This document shows, piece after piece, positions 1-11,675 of a stretch of 64,000 bases of DNA. This DNA is from Leucoraja erinacea (Eukaryota). The stretch is taken from NCBI RefSeq assembly GCF_028641065.1, contig NC_073396.1:15810001-15874000 (forward strand), read 5' to 3'. Made by a program: the position numbers and the translations under genes. Numbering within the stretch: the stretch's first letter is position 1; each line of letters starts with the position of its first letter. Under the pieces are notes generated by a model. It worked only from the letters and a program-made list of their open reading frames with translations, was not told where the DNA came from and made no database searches.

Positions 1-109
1 TAGTTTTAGTGAGACTGAATGTTGAGACCAGATGAAGTGGGTTTGTGATTGAAGATGGGTGGAGGAAAAAGTCAGGGTCGGGGTCAGGTAGCGGAGGCTG
101 TGATTGAGG

Positions 110-450
110 GATTGGTCTGGAAGAAATCCAAACTGGACATCAGTGAGCAGGTTATCGGTAAGTGCTAAACAGGGCATGCCTGGACAATCTTCCACATTAT
201 TGGGTAGATGCCAATGTTGTAACAGCATTGGAACAGCTTGTGGAGCTTCTACTAGCTCAGTACTGAGGATGTGTACTAGCGGACAGGACCTCAGTACTGC
301 TAATGGCCTTTACCCAGCGTTCGCTGGCATTTCTTGATATAGCACCGAGTGAATCAGTCTGACTGGAGACTGTCTATGTGATGGTACGGATTACAGAGGA
401 TGCCAAATATCTGCACAGCAATTCTGGTAGTGGATTCTTCAGTCATTTTT
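110..450 (-). mobile_element. Decayed non-LTR retrotransposon RT fragment (CR1-group LINE)
   Basis: The minus strand translates to KLFQCCYNIGIYPIMWKIVQACP and NLLTDVQFGFL, typical N-terminal RT-domain motifs. The fragment is broken by deletions and stops. Confidence 0.7.
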
Positions 451-769
451 TACTTGCTTGCTGCGCTTACCTGGTGGATCATAATCTCTGCGAACCTGAA
501 TGTTCCTTGATGTCCTTCTCCTGCTAGCTGTTTAATTGTCCGGCACCATTCACAAGTATAAGTGCCGCAATACCACAGGGTTTCAGTCTGAGCCGTTGCA
601 TGTAGGATTTCACAGCTCGGTCCATTACAGGCTGAATACATGAGCAGCATACAGGCGGCCCTCTGAGAAACATCAACATTGGCACTCCTCCCCGATAATA
701 CTGAATTACCTGGCAGGGCTCAGTTCTCATTCGCAACACCCTCACTCATTCACTCCCACTCAGCTCAGT

Positions 770-1600
770 TACTCCTGCCTTGTCTCGATTTACATCCACC
801 CATGATTTACATCCCTCCCCTGATTTATGTCCCTACTTCTGATTCACACCGCACCTAATTTAGACTGGATTATTTGAACTCTTTGCCTGATTTACTCCAC
901 ATTCTCCTAATTTACACCCCTCACCCGATTTATAGCCCTCCCCCTGAATGAACCAACACACCTGTTACACTCCCTCATCCCTTTCATATCCCATCGCCTG
1001 ATTGACAACCCCCCCTCCCCCCTCCTCACCTGATTTACTCCTCTTCAGCTGAGTTACCTCCCCCCTCCATGATTTACTTCCAGCTCCCCGATTTACAACC
1101 TGCATCTCTTGATTTACTCCCCCTCTCCTTTTACTCCCTCCCTTGTTTTGACTCCTTCTCCCATGAGTTATGCCCCCTTGCTTGATTAACCACTACTTTA
1201 AAATAAAGGACATTGATAACTCAGCTGGCCGGGCAGCATCTCTGGAGAACATAGATAGGTGACATTTTGGGTCGGGTCCCTTCTTCAGACTGATTTATTC
1301 ACCACCCCCTGACCTGCATTGCACCTCACCTGCATTTACACTCCCCTCCTATTTAGAATAATTTACCTGTTCTTCTCTGATTTACGTACCATCTCTTTAT
1401 TTAGACCTGATTTCCATTGCTTTTCTTTACAGCTTTGCCTGGTTGGCAACTTCCTCTCCTGATTCATCTATCCTCGCCTGACTTTACACCATCATTTGAT
1501 TTTACTGCTTCAATCTGCTCTGATTGAATGCACCTTCTGATTTACATCTCTGCCTATTGATACTGATTGAATACACCATGCCGATTTACCCTGATACATT
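770..1600. repeat. Degenerate ~19-21 bp minisatellite, core (C/T)GATTTAC with pyrimidine-rich spacers
   Basis: About 30 core copies or variants, e.g. at 803, 821, 888, 1031, 1070, 1089, 1110, 1378, 1538, 1582. Interrupted by a retroelement tail at ~1205-1293. Confidence 0.8.
1205..1293 (-). mobile_element. Penelope-like element 3' tail fragment with decayed hammerhead motif
   Basis: The minus strand reads CTGAAGAAGGGACCCGACCCAAAATGTC...GATGCTGCC...CTGAGTTA, homologous to the tail of the element at 19079-20680. Confidence 0.75.
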
Positions 1601-1883
1601 TCATCCAGCAGCTCATATGCAGTAAGGTTGTCACAGTCCTGTCCATTGCACAATCACTGCATGTTTCTAATCCTTTAGTATTTTTCCCACCTTGTAGTTT
1701 GTCCTTCACCCAATTTTGAAACTGCTGAAGCACAAGCCGCTTTCATTTATATATCTTGATTTACATTGTGTCCATTTTATTCCCTATCCCATTTGCTCTG
1801 CCTATTTTTATACGGCCCTCCTCTTTATTATGTCCTTGTTTGTTTTACATGCCACGCTTCCTGATCTGTACCCTACCTCGATG

Positions 1884-3066
1884 ATTTCAAGATTCAAGAG
1901 AGTTTATTGTCATGTGTCCCAGATAGGACAATTAAATTCTTGCTTTGCTTCAGCACAACAGAATACTGTAGGCATAAATAAATACAGAGATCAGTGTGTT
2001 CATATACCATTGAATATGTATATACACACACACACACACATAAATAAGCATATAAAGTGCAATAGGCTATTAAAGTTCAGATTTTTGTTTGAGTTGAGTT
2101 TAATAGCCTGATGGCTGAGGGGAAGTAGCTGTTCCTGAACCTGGATGTTGCAAATTTCTGGTTCCTGTACCTTCTACCCAAAGGCAGCGGAGAGATGAGT
2201 GTGTGACCAGGATGATGTGGGTCCTTGATGATGCTGCCAGCCTTTTTGAGGCATCGACTGTGGTATATTCCCTCGATGGTAGGGAGGTTAGAGCCGATGA
2301 GGGACTGGGCAGTGTTTACAACTTTTTGCAGTCTTTTCTGCTCCTGGGCGCACAAGTTGCCGAACCAAGCCACGATGCAACCGGTCTGTATGCTCTCTAC
2401 TGTGAACCTGTAGAAGTTCAAGAGAGTCCTCCTCGACATACCAACTGTCTGTAATCTTCTCAGGAAGTAGAGGTGCTGATGTGCTTTCTTTACAATTGCA
2501 TCAGTGTTCTGGGACCAGGAGAGATCTTCGGAAATATGCACGCCCAGGAATTTGAAGCTCTTGACCCTTTCCACCATCGAACTTGAGAGCCAGGTTATTG
2601 TGCTGGCACCATTTGGTCAGTCGGTCGATCTCACTTCTATACTCTGACTCGTCTCCATCAGTGATACTTCCCACAACGGTGGTGTCGTCAGCGAACTTGA
2701 TGATGGAGTTTGCACTATGACCGGCTACGCAGTCTTGAGTATAGAGTGAGTACAGCAGGGGGCTGAGCACGTAGCCTTGAGGTGCTCCTGTGCTGATTGT
2801 TATCGAGGCTGACACATTTCCACCAATAGGAACAGACTGTGGTCTGTGAATGAGGAATTCGAGGATCCAATTACAGAGGGATGCGCAGAGACCCAGTCCT
2901 TAGAGCTTGGTAATCAGTTTGGAGGGGGATGATTGTATTAAAGGCCGAGCTGTAGTCAATGAATTACAGCCTGACATGAGTTTTTGTTGTCCAAGTGGTT
3001 CAGAGCGGAGTGGAGAGCCAGCGAGATCACATCCACCGTTGAGCCAGCGAGTTCGGATCCACCGTT
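1884..3066 (-). mobile_element. Rex1/Babar-type LINE, 5'-truncated, with internal deletion
   Basis: ORFs 2501-2815 (GAPQG, KFADD) and 2077-2577 (FKFLGV, LYFLRRL, HPGH, RFRNSYFP). The 3' end has AATAAA plus a (TCTTGAA)n tail. The [10 protein letters not shown] segment is missing near 2580. Confidence 0.85.
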
Positions 3067-3119
3067 TGCCTCTTCATTAATTTGGTTTTGTACTCATTTT
3101 TCTCGTACACAAATCGTTT

Positions 3120-3302
3120 CTTTAGTTTAGTTTAGAGATACAGTGCGGAAACAGGCCCGTTGACCCACTGAGTCCACATTGACCAGGGACCCCCGCACAC
3201 AAACTCTATCCTACACACGCTAGGGACAATTTACACTTGTACCAAGCCAATTAACCTATAAACGTCTTTGGAGTGTGGGAGGAGACCGAAGATCTCGGAG
3301 AT
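3120..3302 (-). mobile_element. HE1-type (V-SINE) fragment; a CR1 3' tail follows at ~3300-3370 (+)
   Basis: (TAAAC)n tail and central domain match the full copy at 38904-39220. Confidence 0.8.
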
Positions 3303-5611
3303 CATATTGAGTGACGGTGCTGGCTTGAAGAGCTGAATGGCCTATACCTGCACCTAGTTTCTATGTTTCTAACCCCATCTTTTCTGAAAGGCCTGCCATA
3401 TGGCTTAGTATTCTGCCTTAACTTTCTGAATTTACTATGGGATACATAAAAGTACATACTTATATAATAAAAGTACTTTTTCTGTGTATATACCAAATGC
3501 CAATTGCAAAGTTGCTTCTTTTTAAAGAGCCTACTTATCCAGCTGTCAAATCTCCCTTCGCCCTCAGTAATGGTTCTCATTGGCATTTTCTTTTAGACTG
3601 GGGCTAACATTGTTTAGACCGAGGAAGTGTACCTCCGGAATTCAAGCCTCTGAAGCTAAAAGCTGCAGTTGAACTGTTAATTCAATGGCATCTAATAACT
3701 AGAGAGTATTCACAACATTTGGTTTAGGGTGGGATAAAGGTTCATCGGTTTCACAGCCGAGTTGTTCTTTTGACGTTTCCTGGACCTTGTGTTTTAATGG
3801 CCAGAGCTGGATTCAGTACCAAGAGTTCAGTGACTGTACATCTACTGACGTTAATCCAATTCCATCACATTATCAGGCTCAATAATTCTTCCTAGTCCTG
3901 CCCTGTCATTGATTATGCCTCCACAAACGTTAATACATCTCTCTTGCACTGTCAGGCAATGGAACTCCGCCCATCTTATAGCCTGCAATATTGATGTATT
4001 TCTGCCAATCTTAGTCAAACTCCCATGTAACTTACTCCAAACGACTAAGTGGGATAAACTAGTCACCCTGTATTCCGCTCTCGATTTCCATTGAGATTGA
4101 TCGTTCTCCAACACACTGGTGAGTTCCATACTTCTATTGCTCTCAATAAACTTCCCCATGTGGTGAGTTTAACTTGCCATTTCCAGGAATATTGTCAGCA
4201 CTCCCTGTAAATGTTCGTGTTTTCGGAACTCGCACCCTAGTGGAAGCAAAGCATCTTGCCTCACAGCCTCACATCTTGCCTCACAGAATCAGAGATATGA
4301 TTCCTTCTCCGCTCGAATAACCCGAAGAAGCTGATGTGATAAATGGAGTGGATGCGTGAGAAAGAGGAGGACTTGCCCACTGCCAGGACATTGGAGCTCA
4401 AACACGAGTCAGCATCAACAGCGGAAATTCTGAGGGGGAAAAATAAAATCCCCAGACGTTACTCAGCTTTCATGTTGTCAAAGCATCCACTGCAACGGCA
4501 GATCAAGAAGGAAATTATTTACAAGGATTTGACAGAAGATCAACAACTGATCTGCCATAAATACTGATTTACGATTGGTCTCGAAGGTACCAACATATCA
4601 AGAGAGATGCACAGTAATGTCATTATTGAAAGCCTTTAAAACTGGTTTAAAATTAATTAACTCATTTCAATCGATCCAACCTCACTTCAATATAGTAAAT
4701 CTTGTTTTGAGTTGAATAAAATATGTTTAGGCGCATTCCTCAATTTCAGATTTATTAACAGGATTTAATTAAATTGTGTAAAGATTTATTAAATGTCATG
4801 TTATGCCATTTTGATCTTACAGCAGACAGCTGAATCTTCCAGTTACATTTTTCAATATCATTCTTGGATTGATTAAACACCGATATTCACAACCTATAGT
4901 TGAGTTATATCTAAGACAAACTTTATTTTAAAGATTTTTGTTCCTGGTTAATCAAAATTTCAGAAGATGGTACATCAGGTTCCAGGAAATGATTAACTTG
5001 GAAAAAAAAGAAACAAAGGAATATTTTATTTTAATCTCAGCTGCCCTCTAGCTAGGTTTTTTTGATGTGCTTAATGTTACAGTTCGAGGTGGAAAAAAAA
5101 AGAAACTTCAGCAAACATTGGAATCTATAACAGAAGGAGTGAAGTTCCTTCAGAGTATGTGAAGATTTAAACAGAAACTGATGTCACCTTTAGCAAAGTT
5201 CAAAAGAATTAAAAAGTGGGTTAGAATGTAAAATGTATACGCACATAAAAGTGATTGTGGTAAATCGCAGAGATAGTTTAGATTAGATGAATATATATGA
5301 GTCAGAGAGGAATAGAATGGTAAAATGAAGGCTATTCTTCCCCCTGGGTCCATGTCAGCTACCAGCAAGGCAATTCCATCAGCTTTGTTCTCATTGCTAC
5401 GAATTCTCTTACAAGCTCACAAACTCCCCTTTGGTTCTTTCGGCACCTATCCACACTAAAGAGCTGCCAATGCATCATTGGGATATGGGAGGAAACCAGT
5501 GCAATGATTGGGAGAGTGTGGAAACACCACAGAAGGGATCCCCCATCAGGATTAAGCCTGGTTCGCTGGTGTGGTGAGGCAGCTTTGGTGCTAAGGTCAG
5601 GGAACAAATAA

Positions 5612-5700
5612 GAGTCTGAAGACGGGTCTCGACCCAAAAAGTCACCCATTCCTTCTTTTCAGAGATGCTGAGTTACGCCAGCATTTTGTGTCTATCTTTA
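5612..5700 (+). mobile_element. Penelope-like 3' tail fragment (hammerhead motif, G12 mutated)
   Basis: AGTCTGAAGACGGGTCTCGACCCAAAAAGTCACC...GAGTTAC.CCAGCATTTTGTGTCTATC. Confidence 0.75.
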
Positions 5701-6171
5701 GGGAAGGAAAGATAGTTTGTATCAGAATATTAACTCTACCCCTGGATCATTTGGGATGAATGGATTTTAACAAATGGAGTGCAACAAAAAACTGCATAGG
5801 CTGTCAATCTGAAATAAAATTAATAATTGGTGCAATACTCAGCAGTTCAGTCAGCAAATGGGATGAACTAATGAGGCCGGCGATCTTTCTCTGCACAGAT
5901 CGGCCTGTCTTGCTGAACATCTCCAGTATTTATGGTCTTCACTGCAAGCACTGTGTAATTTAACACCATCTGTGAAATCCAGTGATCAACTCTTCCCTCA
6001 CCTCTTTCAGTCACAAACCTTAAATCCAAACTCAAATTGAAAAATCATGAACTCTACCAGAGAAGCAGTAAATTTCAAAATCCCCACAGCACAAGCAGAA
6101 GGCCCTGCAGATGCAGCTTTGAAAAGGGCAAGGAAGGCTTTTTTTTTTAGCAGAACCCATTCAGCTCTATA

Positions 6172-6805
6172 AAGGGACACAGAGCGCTGGAGTAACTCAG
6201 CAGGTCAGGCAGCATGACTGGAGAACATGGATAGGTGACGTTTCAGGTTGAGACCCTTCTTCGGACTGATTGTGAGGGGTGGGGGTGGGTAGAGAGAAGG
6301 AAGCTAGAAAAGGGAAGAGACAGGGCTTTCATGGCAGGAAATAGGTCGACACAGGGGGGGGGGGGGGGGTCGGGTGTTGATAGGAAGCTGGTTGGAACAA
6401 AAACATGATAAGAAGGAAGGTGCCATATTTGGCTTGGCCAGCTTACAACCAAGCGATATGATTTCTCTAATTTCAAGTAACCCTTGTATTCCCCCTCTCT
6501 CCATCCCTCCCCCACATTAGACATCCTGCTAGTTTCACTGTTTGTATCCACTCTATATCACTTTTTCCACAGCCAGCAATGGCCCATTGTGGGCTCCACC
6601 TTTCCTTGATCATTGTTGCTGGCTTTGATTTGTTCTTTTCATACCTGTCATTCATTTGTTCTTTGAACATTTTCATATCGCTAATTTCCCTCTCCCCCAA
6701 CTCTCAATCCGAAGAAGGGTCTTGACCCGAAACGTCACCCATTCCTTTTCTCCAGAAATGCTGCCTGACCTGCTGAGTTATTCCAGCATTTTGTGTCTAT
6801 CTTAG
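6172..6805. mobile_element. Inverted pair of Penelope-like 3' ends
   Basis: Minus copy at ~6172-6410 and plus copy at ~6460-6805. Both arms carry the same CCGAAGA variant of the hammerhead core. Confidence 0.75.
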
Positions 6806-7089
6806 ATGTGAGACAAGTTTGAGGAGCTGCAAATTGTAAAGCCAGGGCTAGGAAATTAATAGGTGGGTGGGAAAGGGGGGTGTGGAGGGGAGAAATAGGT
6901 AGGAGTCCAGGTGAGATACAGGGGAGAGTTTGGTGGAGAAAGGGAGGGGTGGGGGTGGGGGGTACCTAAAATTGGAGAGTTCCAGCATTTTGTGTCCTTT
7001 TGTGCATGAACCAGCATCTGCAGTGATTTATTTCTACCATTCAGCTCCATGTTGAAATTTTCAGTGAAAAATCTAGCTTCAAGCACAGG

Positions 7090-7335
7090 ATATCAAGGAA
7101 ATCCCTGTCTGACTTCCCAGATGGATGGTAACATCTCATAGACCTTTCAGAACAAGAACAGAGAGGTTCTCGCCATTGTTTGGGCATATTCGTTCCTACA
7201 CTAACTTTATTAAAACATATGATCTGGTCATTTATCACACTGGTGTTTATTGGAGCATGCTGTTTGCAAATGAGCTGTTGTGTTTCTTTCATTACAGAAG
7301 TGATGCACTTCAGTAAGTGCTTCATAACACACAGG
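7090..7335 (+). mobile_element. Old DeuSINE (SacSINE1/AmnSINE-like) remnant
   Basis: GATCTGGTCATTTATCACA...TGCTGTTTGCAAATGAGCTG...CATTACAGAAGTGATGCACTTCAGTAAGT resembles the Deu domain and tail (from recall). Confidence 0.6.
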
Positions 7336-7758
7336 AACCTACCAATACATCATTGGGGTGTGGGAGGAAAGCAGAGTCGTGATGGGGGAGAGTGTGGAAA
7401 CAACTCAGTCAGTATTTACCATCAGGATCAAGGCTCCCTTATCAGATTCCACTGTCTCAAGTCCTCCATCTGTCACCTCCAACTTTTGTGACGATCTCCA
7501 GCCACTGCAGGGGGCCAGGTAGCGAGTGGGCAAGATCATCTCTGACCCCTCTCACCCTGGCCACAAACTCTTTGAATCACTTCCCTCTGGAAGGCGACTC
7601 CGGACTGTCAAAGCTGCCACAGCCAGACATAAAAACAGTTTTTATCCACGAATAGTTGCTCTACTCAACAGCCAAAAATCTGTAGCCTCCTTTTGAACTG
7701 GTATTTTGTTGGTTCACACGCTTGATCAATGGTGTTTTATCATTAATGTTTCATTAAT

Positions 7759-9900
7759 GTGGTGTCTGCTCGGCGCTGTCGGTCTTTTAGCCCTTTTACT
7801 GCTGGCAAGTTCTCTGCTGCTTTCGATCAGCTCTGCGCCCCCTCTGCATCCACTCCTCTTGGTACGGAGGAGATTAGTTCGTGGTTTCATTCTTCATGCA
7901 GGACTATACTGGACTCTGTGGCTCCGTTAAGATCGTTGAAGCCGAGGGCTAAACCTGAACCCTGGTTCAGTGCAGTGACTCGTGCAGCACGACGGGAGTG
8001 TCGTAGAGCTGAGCGAAAGTGGAGGAAGGACAGGCTACAGGTTTCACTTCAAATTCTCAGGGACTGTTGGCGTCACTACCAAAACAGTGTTAAAAAGGCC
8101 AAGAGAGAGTACCTGTCTAAAATTATTGTGTCAAAGTGTAACAACCCTCGTGTGCTATTTGAAATCATTGACTCTGTTCTAAATGCCCCGCAGCCTGTCT
8201 GTCTGGAAGCTTCACCTGAAATGTGTAATGACTTCCTGCACTTTTTTGTTGATAAGGTTGTTTCCTTAAGGGCTAACATTTCAGCACCTGCCTCTGACCC
8301 TTCTGTTTCGGTCCCTTGCCTGGTGGTATTCAACAAGTTTGAGCCTGTGACTATATCGTATTTAAAGGATGTGGTTTCCCATATTAAGCCATCGGGTTCT
8401 CCTTGTGATGCGGTCCCTCCACATCTTTTTAAGGAGGTTTTCTCTAGTATAGGGCAGTCGGTTCTTACCATTATTAACAGCAGCTTGTGTTCTGGGGTTG
8501 TCCCCGTGAGTTTTAAGCATGCGGTAGTGCAACCACTGCTTAAGAAACCTGGCCTGGATCAATCTGTTCTGGCCAATTTTAGACCCATCTCGAAATTGCC
8601 TTTTATTTCTAAATTACTGGAGAGAGTTGTTTATGCTCAGCTAAAACTATTCCTGGAGGAGCATGATATTCGGGAGATCTTCCAGTCTGGATTTAAAACC
8701 ATGCACAGCACGGAGTCAGCATTGCTAAGGGTTTTTAACGATATCCTCCTGGCTAATGATTCTGGGGATTGTGTGGTTCTTGTCCTGCTGGACTTGTCTG
8801 CCGCCTTTGATACGGTGGACCATAATATCTTATTATCTCGGCTACAGCAGTTAGTGGGCATCTGCGACAGTGCCCTGGGATGGTTCAGGTCCTATCTGGC
8901 GGGCAGAACCATGTGTGTTAGCCTTGCTGGGTTTGAATCCTCTTCCGCTCCCCTGTCATATGGGGTTCCACAGGGTTCGATTCTGGGGCCCCTGCTTTTC
9001 TCGCTGTACATACTTCCTCTGGGTTCCATCCTTAGAAAGCATGGCATCTCCTTCCACTGTTATGCAGATGATACCCAGCTTTATTTGCCGCTGAGGGGGG
9101 AAGATGCCTTTTCTGTAAAATCGCTTCTGTCTTGTTTTGATGACATTAAGTCCTGGTTGGCCCTAAACTTTCTTGGATTTAATGAAAAGAAGACAGAGGT
9201 GATTTTATTTGATCCCAATGGCTGCCGTGAACCTCCATTTGTTGATTTGGGTCCATTGTCAAGGTACGTGAAGCCAACAGTTGTGAACCTGGGTTTTAGG
9301 ATGGACAGTGACTTTAAATTAGATCGCCAAATATGCGCGGTGGTTAAGTCCAGCTTCTTTCACCTAAGGAAGCTGGCGAAGGTGAAGCCCATTCTCGAGC
9401 GGCAGCATTTTGAGACAGTAATCCATGCCTTTATTACATCTAGGCTGGATTACTGTAACGCGCTCTATTTTGGTGTTGCTCGTACTTCACTGGCTCGTCT
9501 CCAGTTGGTTCAGAATGCTGCTGCTCGCCTTTTAACAGGGACTCGAAAGAGGGAGCACATATCGCCAATTCTGGCCTCCCTACACTGGCTCCCGGTGCAC
9601 TTTCAGGTTCATTTTAAGTTACTGTTATTTGTTTTTAAATCTCTGAATGGGCTCGCCCCGCCTTACCTCTCTGAGCTGCTCCACCCATACGCTCCTGCCC
9701 GGTCCCTCAGGTCAGCTGGTCAGCTGCTCCTGGAGGTACCGAGGTCTAGTCGGAGGCTCAGAGGGGATAGAGCCTTCTCTGTTGCTGCTCCGGCACTCTG
9801 GAACACCCTGCCGCTGCACATCAGACAGGCCCCCTCACTGTCCATCTTCAAATCCAGTGTTAAAACGCATTTGTACTCCCTGGCTTTTGACCATGCCTGA
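7759..9900 (+). CDS. L2 ORF2 reverse transcriptase and C-terminal region (partial; no true ATG, endonuclease domain absent)
   Basis: 713 aa with NFRPIS, FQSGF, LLDLSAAFDTVDH, GVPQGSILGP, YADDTQLY, SRLDYCN and LHWLPV motifs. Confidence 0.9.
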   Translation: MVSARRCRSFSPFTAGKFSAAFDQLCAPSASTPLGTEEISSWFHSSCRTILDSVAPLRSLKPRAKPEPWFSAVTRAARRECRRAERKWRKDRLQVSLQILRDCWRHYQNSVKKAKREYLSKIIVSKCNNPRVLFEIIDSVLNAPQPVCLEASPEMCNDFLHFFVDKVVSLRANISAPASDPSVSVPCLVVFNKFEPVTISYLKDVVSHIKPSGSPCDAVPPHLFKEVFSSIGQSVLTIINSSLCSGVVPVSFKHAVVQPLLKKPGLDQSVLANFRPISKLPFISKLLERVVYAQLKLFLEEHDIREIFQSGFKTMHSTESALLRVFNDILLANDSGDCVVLVLLDLSAAFDTVDHNILLSRLQQLVGICDSALGWFRSYLAGRTMCVSLAGFESSSAPLSYGVPQGSILGPLLFSLYILPLGSILRKHGISFHCYADDTQLYLPLRGEDAFSVKSLLSCFDDIKSWLALNFLGFNEKKTEVILFDPNGCREPPFVDLGPLSRYVKPTVVNLGFRMDSDFKLDRQICAVVKSSFFHLRKLAKVKPILERQHFETVIHAFITSRLDYCNALYFGVARTSLARLQLVQNAAARLLTGTRKREHISPILASLHWLPVHFQVHFKLLLFVFKSLNGLAPPYLSELLHPYAPARSLRSAGQLLLEVPRSSRRLRGDRAFSVAAPALWNTLPLHIRQAPSLSIFKSSVKTHLYSLAFDHA

Positions 9901-10069
9901 GGCTTTGCTTCTGTTTGTGGTGTTTTTGATGTTTCTTTATTTTACATGTCTTTTCCTACTATTTCTTTTGATTGTTATTTTTGGTGTGTATTAACTTTTT
10001 TGTCAATGATTAGTGATGTACAGCACTTTGTTGCAGCTATGTTTGTTTTTAAAGTGCTCTATAAATAAA

Positions 10070-10099
<30 letters not shown>
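7761..10099 (+). mobile_element. L2-clade LINE, 5'-truncated, young
   Basis: Uninterrupted RT ORF; L2-type 3' end (TGTACAGCACTTTG...AAAGTGCTCTATAAATAAA) with (ATT)n tail; 8-bp TSD ATTAATGT at 7753-7760 and 10100-10107. Confidence 0.93.
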
Positions 10100-10107
<8 letters not shown>

Positions 10108-10654
10108 TTAGTGTTTTCTGAGTCATTCGTAACTGTCACTGTATGTCATGTTGTTACTTGTGGGCGGAGCACCAAGGCAAATTCTTTGTATCTGAATACT
10201 TGGCCAATAAACTTATTTACTTACTCTTCCCATTTGACTCATCAACTGCTCCTTACGTGAATCCACCCAGCTCTTGCCAGTTCATGTCCTACCACTTCTA
10301 ATCTCTTTCAGGCAGTTACCTCCCCTCTACTCCAGTCTTGAAGAAGAGACCCGACCCGAAACGTTGTCTGTCCATTTCCCTCCACAGACGCTGCCTGACC
10401 CACTGAGTCTCTCTGCTGGTATGTTTTTTTATGTCAAGATTCCAGCATCTGCAGTCTCTTGTGACTCAAAGTTAAACGTTGCTGGGAAAGGGGGGACGGG
10501 CAGATGGAGGATCTGTCATAATGTGCAAGGCAGGAGAGAATAAGTGACAGAAGAGATGATAATGAAAGAAGCTACAAGAGGTGCAAATGAAGAAATAATT
10601 AACGGGACCTCAACTATCTCAACAAGGTCTGTCCCATTTCCAAAAAACAGGTCT

Positions 10655-10757
10655 TCAGTCTGAAGAAGGGTCTCGACCCAAAACGTCACCCATTCATTCT
10701 CTCCAGAGATGCTGCCTGACCCGCTGAGTTACTCTAGCTTTTTGTGTCTATCTTCTG
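10655..10757 (+). mobile_element. Penelope-like 3' tail with hammerhead motif (10660-10687); an older copy lies at ~10255-10465
   Basis: CTGAAGAAGGGTCTCGACCCAAAACGTC followed by the conserved tail. Confidence 0.78.
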
Positions 10758-10879
10758 TTCCATTTCTTATTCTTCTGTTCCTCTTCTGTTCCTCCCCATT
10801 CCCTGGACTGCATTCTCCACTTCCTCGTTTTCCTCAACAACAATGGTTTATCCAGAGCAGTTTCTGACACCTCAAACAC

Positions 10880-11675
10880 AAAACCTTCACAGCAAGACAA
10901 AGGAGATTGTGATTGACTTCAAGGAAGTACATTTATGGAATTAAGTCGAGACGGTTGAAAGCTTTAAGTTCTTTGGAATAAATATCATCATCAATTTGTC
11001 CTGGACCAGTCACGTTGAAGCTGTGGCCAAGAAAGCACGCCAATGCCTCTACTTCCTTAAAAGGCTGAGGAAGGCCGAGGCATGTCCCCGGAAAGCCTCA
11101 CCAACTTCTACAGATGCGCTGTAGAATGTATTTTATTGGAATGCATCAAAGGATGGTTTGGGAACAGCTCCATCCAAGACCACAAGAAATTGCAGAGAGT
11201 TGTGCACATAGTCCAGACCATCACAACATACCAACCTCCCTTCCATTGACTCAATTTACACCACGCTCCCATGGCAAGGCCACCAGTATAATCGAGGACC
11301 AGTCTCACCCCATGATGTGAGGAGGTCACTTCCTCTTCTCCCCTCTAGCAAGAGGCACAGAAGTGTGAAAACGCATACCTGCAGATTCATAGACAGTTTC
11401 TTCCCAGCTGTTATCAGGCCACTGAACTGTCCCCTCTCACCAGCTAGAGTGTGGTCCTGACCCCCCCCCCCCCAACCTAAATGGAGACTTTTGAACAATC
11501 TTTAATCAGATTCTCTCTTGCACTAAATGTTCTACCCTTAATCCTTTATCTACACACTGTGGACGGCTTGATTTTACTTATGTATAGTCTGTTCTTTGAC
11601 TGGATAACACGCAACAGGGTTTTTCACTGTACCTCATTACACGTGACAATAATAAACTATGCTAAATTAAATAAC
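10880..11675 (+). mobile_element. Decayed Rex1/Babar LINE 3' half
   Basis: SKTKEIVIDFK, FKFFG, CLYFLKRL, NFYRCAVE remnants; 3' UTR ending GTGACAATAATAAACT. Confidence 0.8.

Larger units (their letters stand above)
7515..10225 (+). mobile_element. Rex1-type LINE 3' end (7515-7752 and 10108-10225), split by an L2 insertion
   Basis: KIISDPSHPGHKLFESLPSGRRLR..KNSFYP lies before the L2. The 3' UTR resumes after it and ends AATAAA-(CTTA/CTTT)n. Confidence 0.75.

Noticed and set aside
4343-4567. ATG-initiated 74-aa ORF as a small gene
   Set aside because: No recognisable domain, promoter or splice support; the length is within chance expectation.
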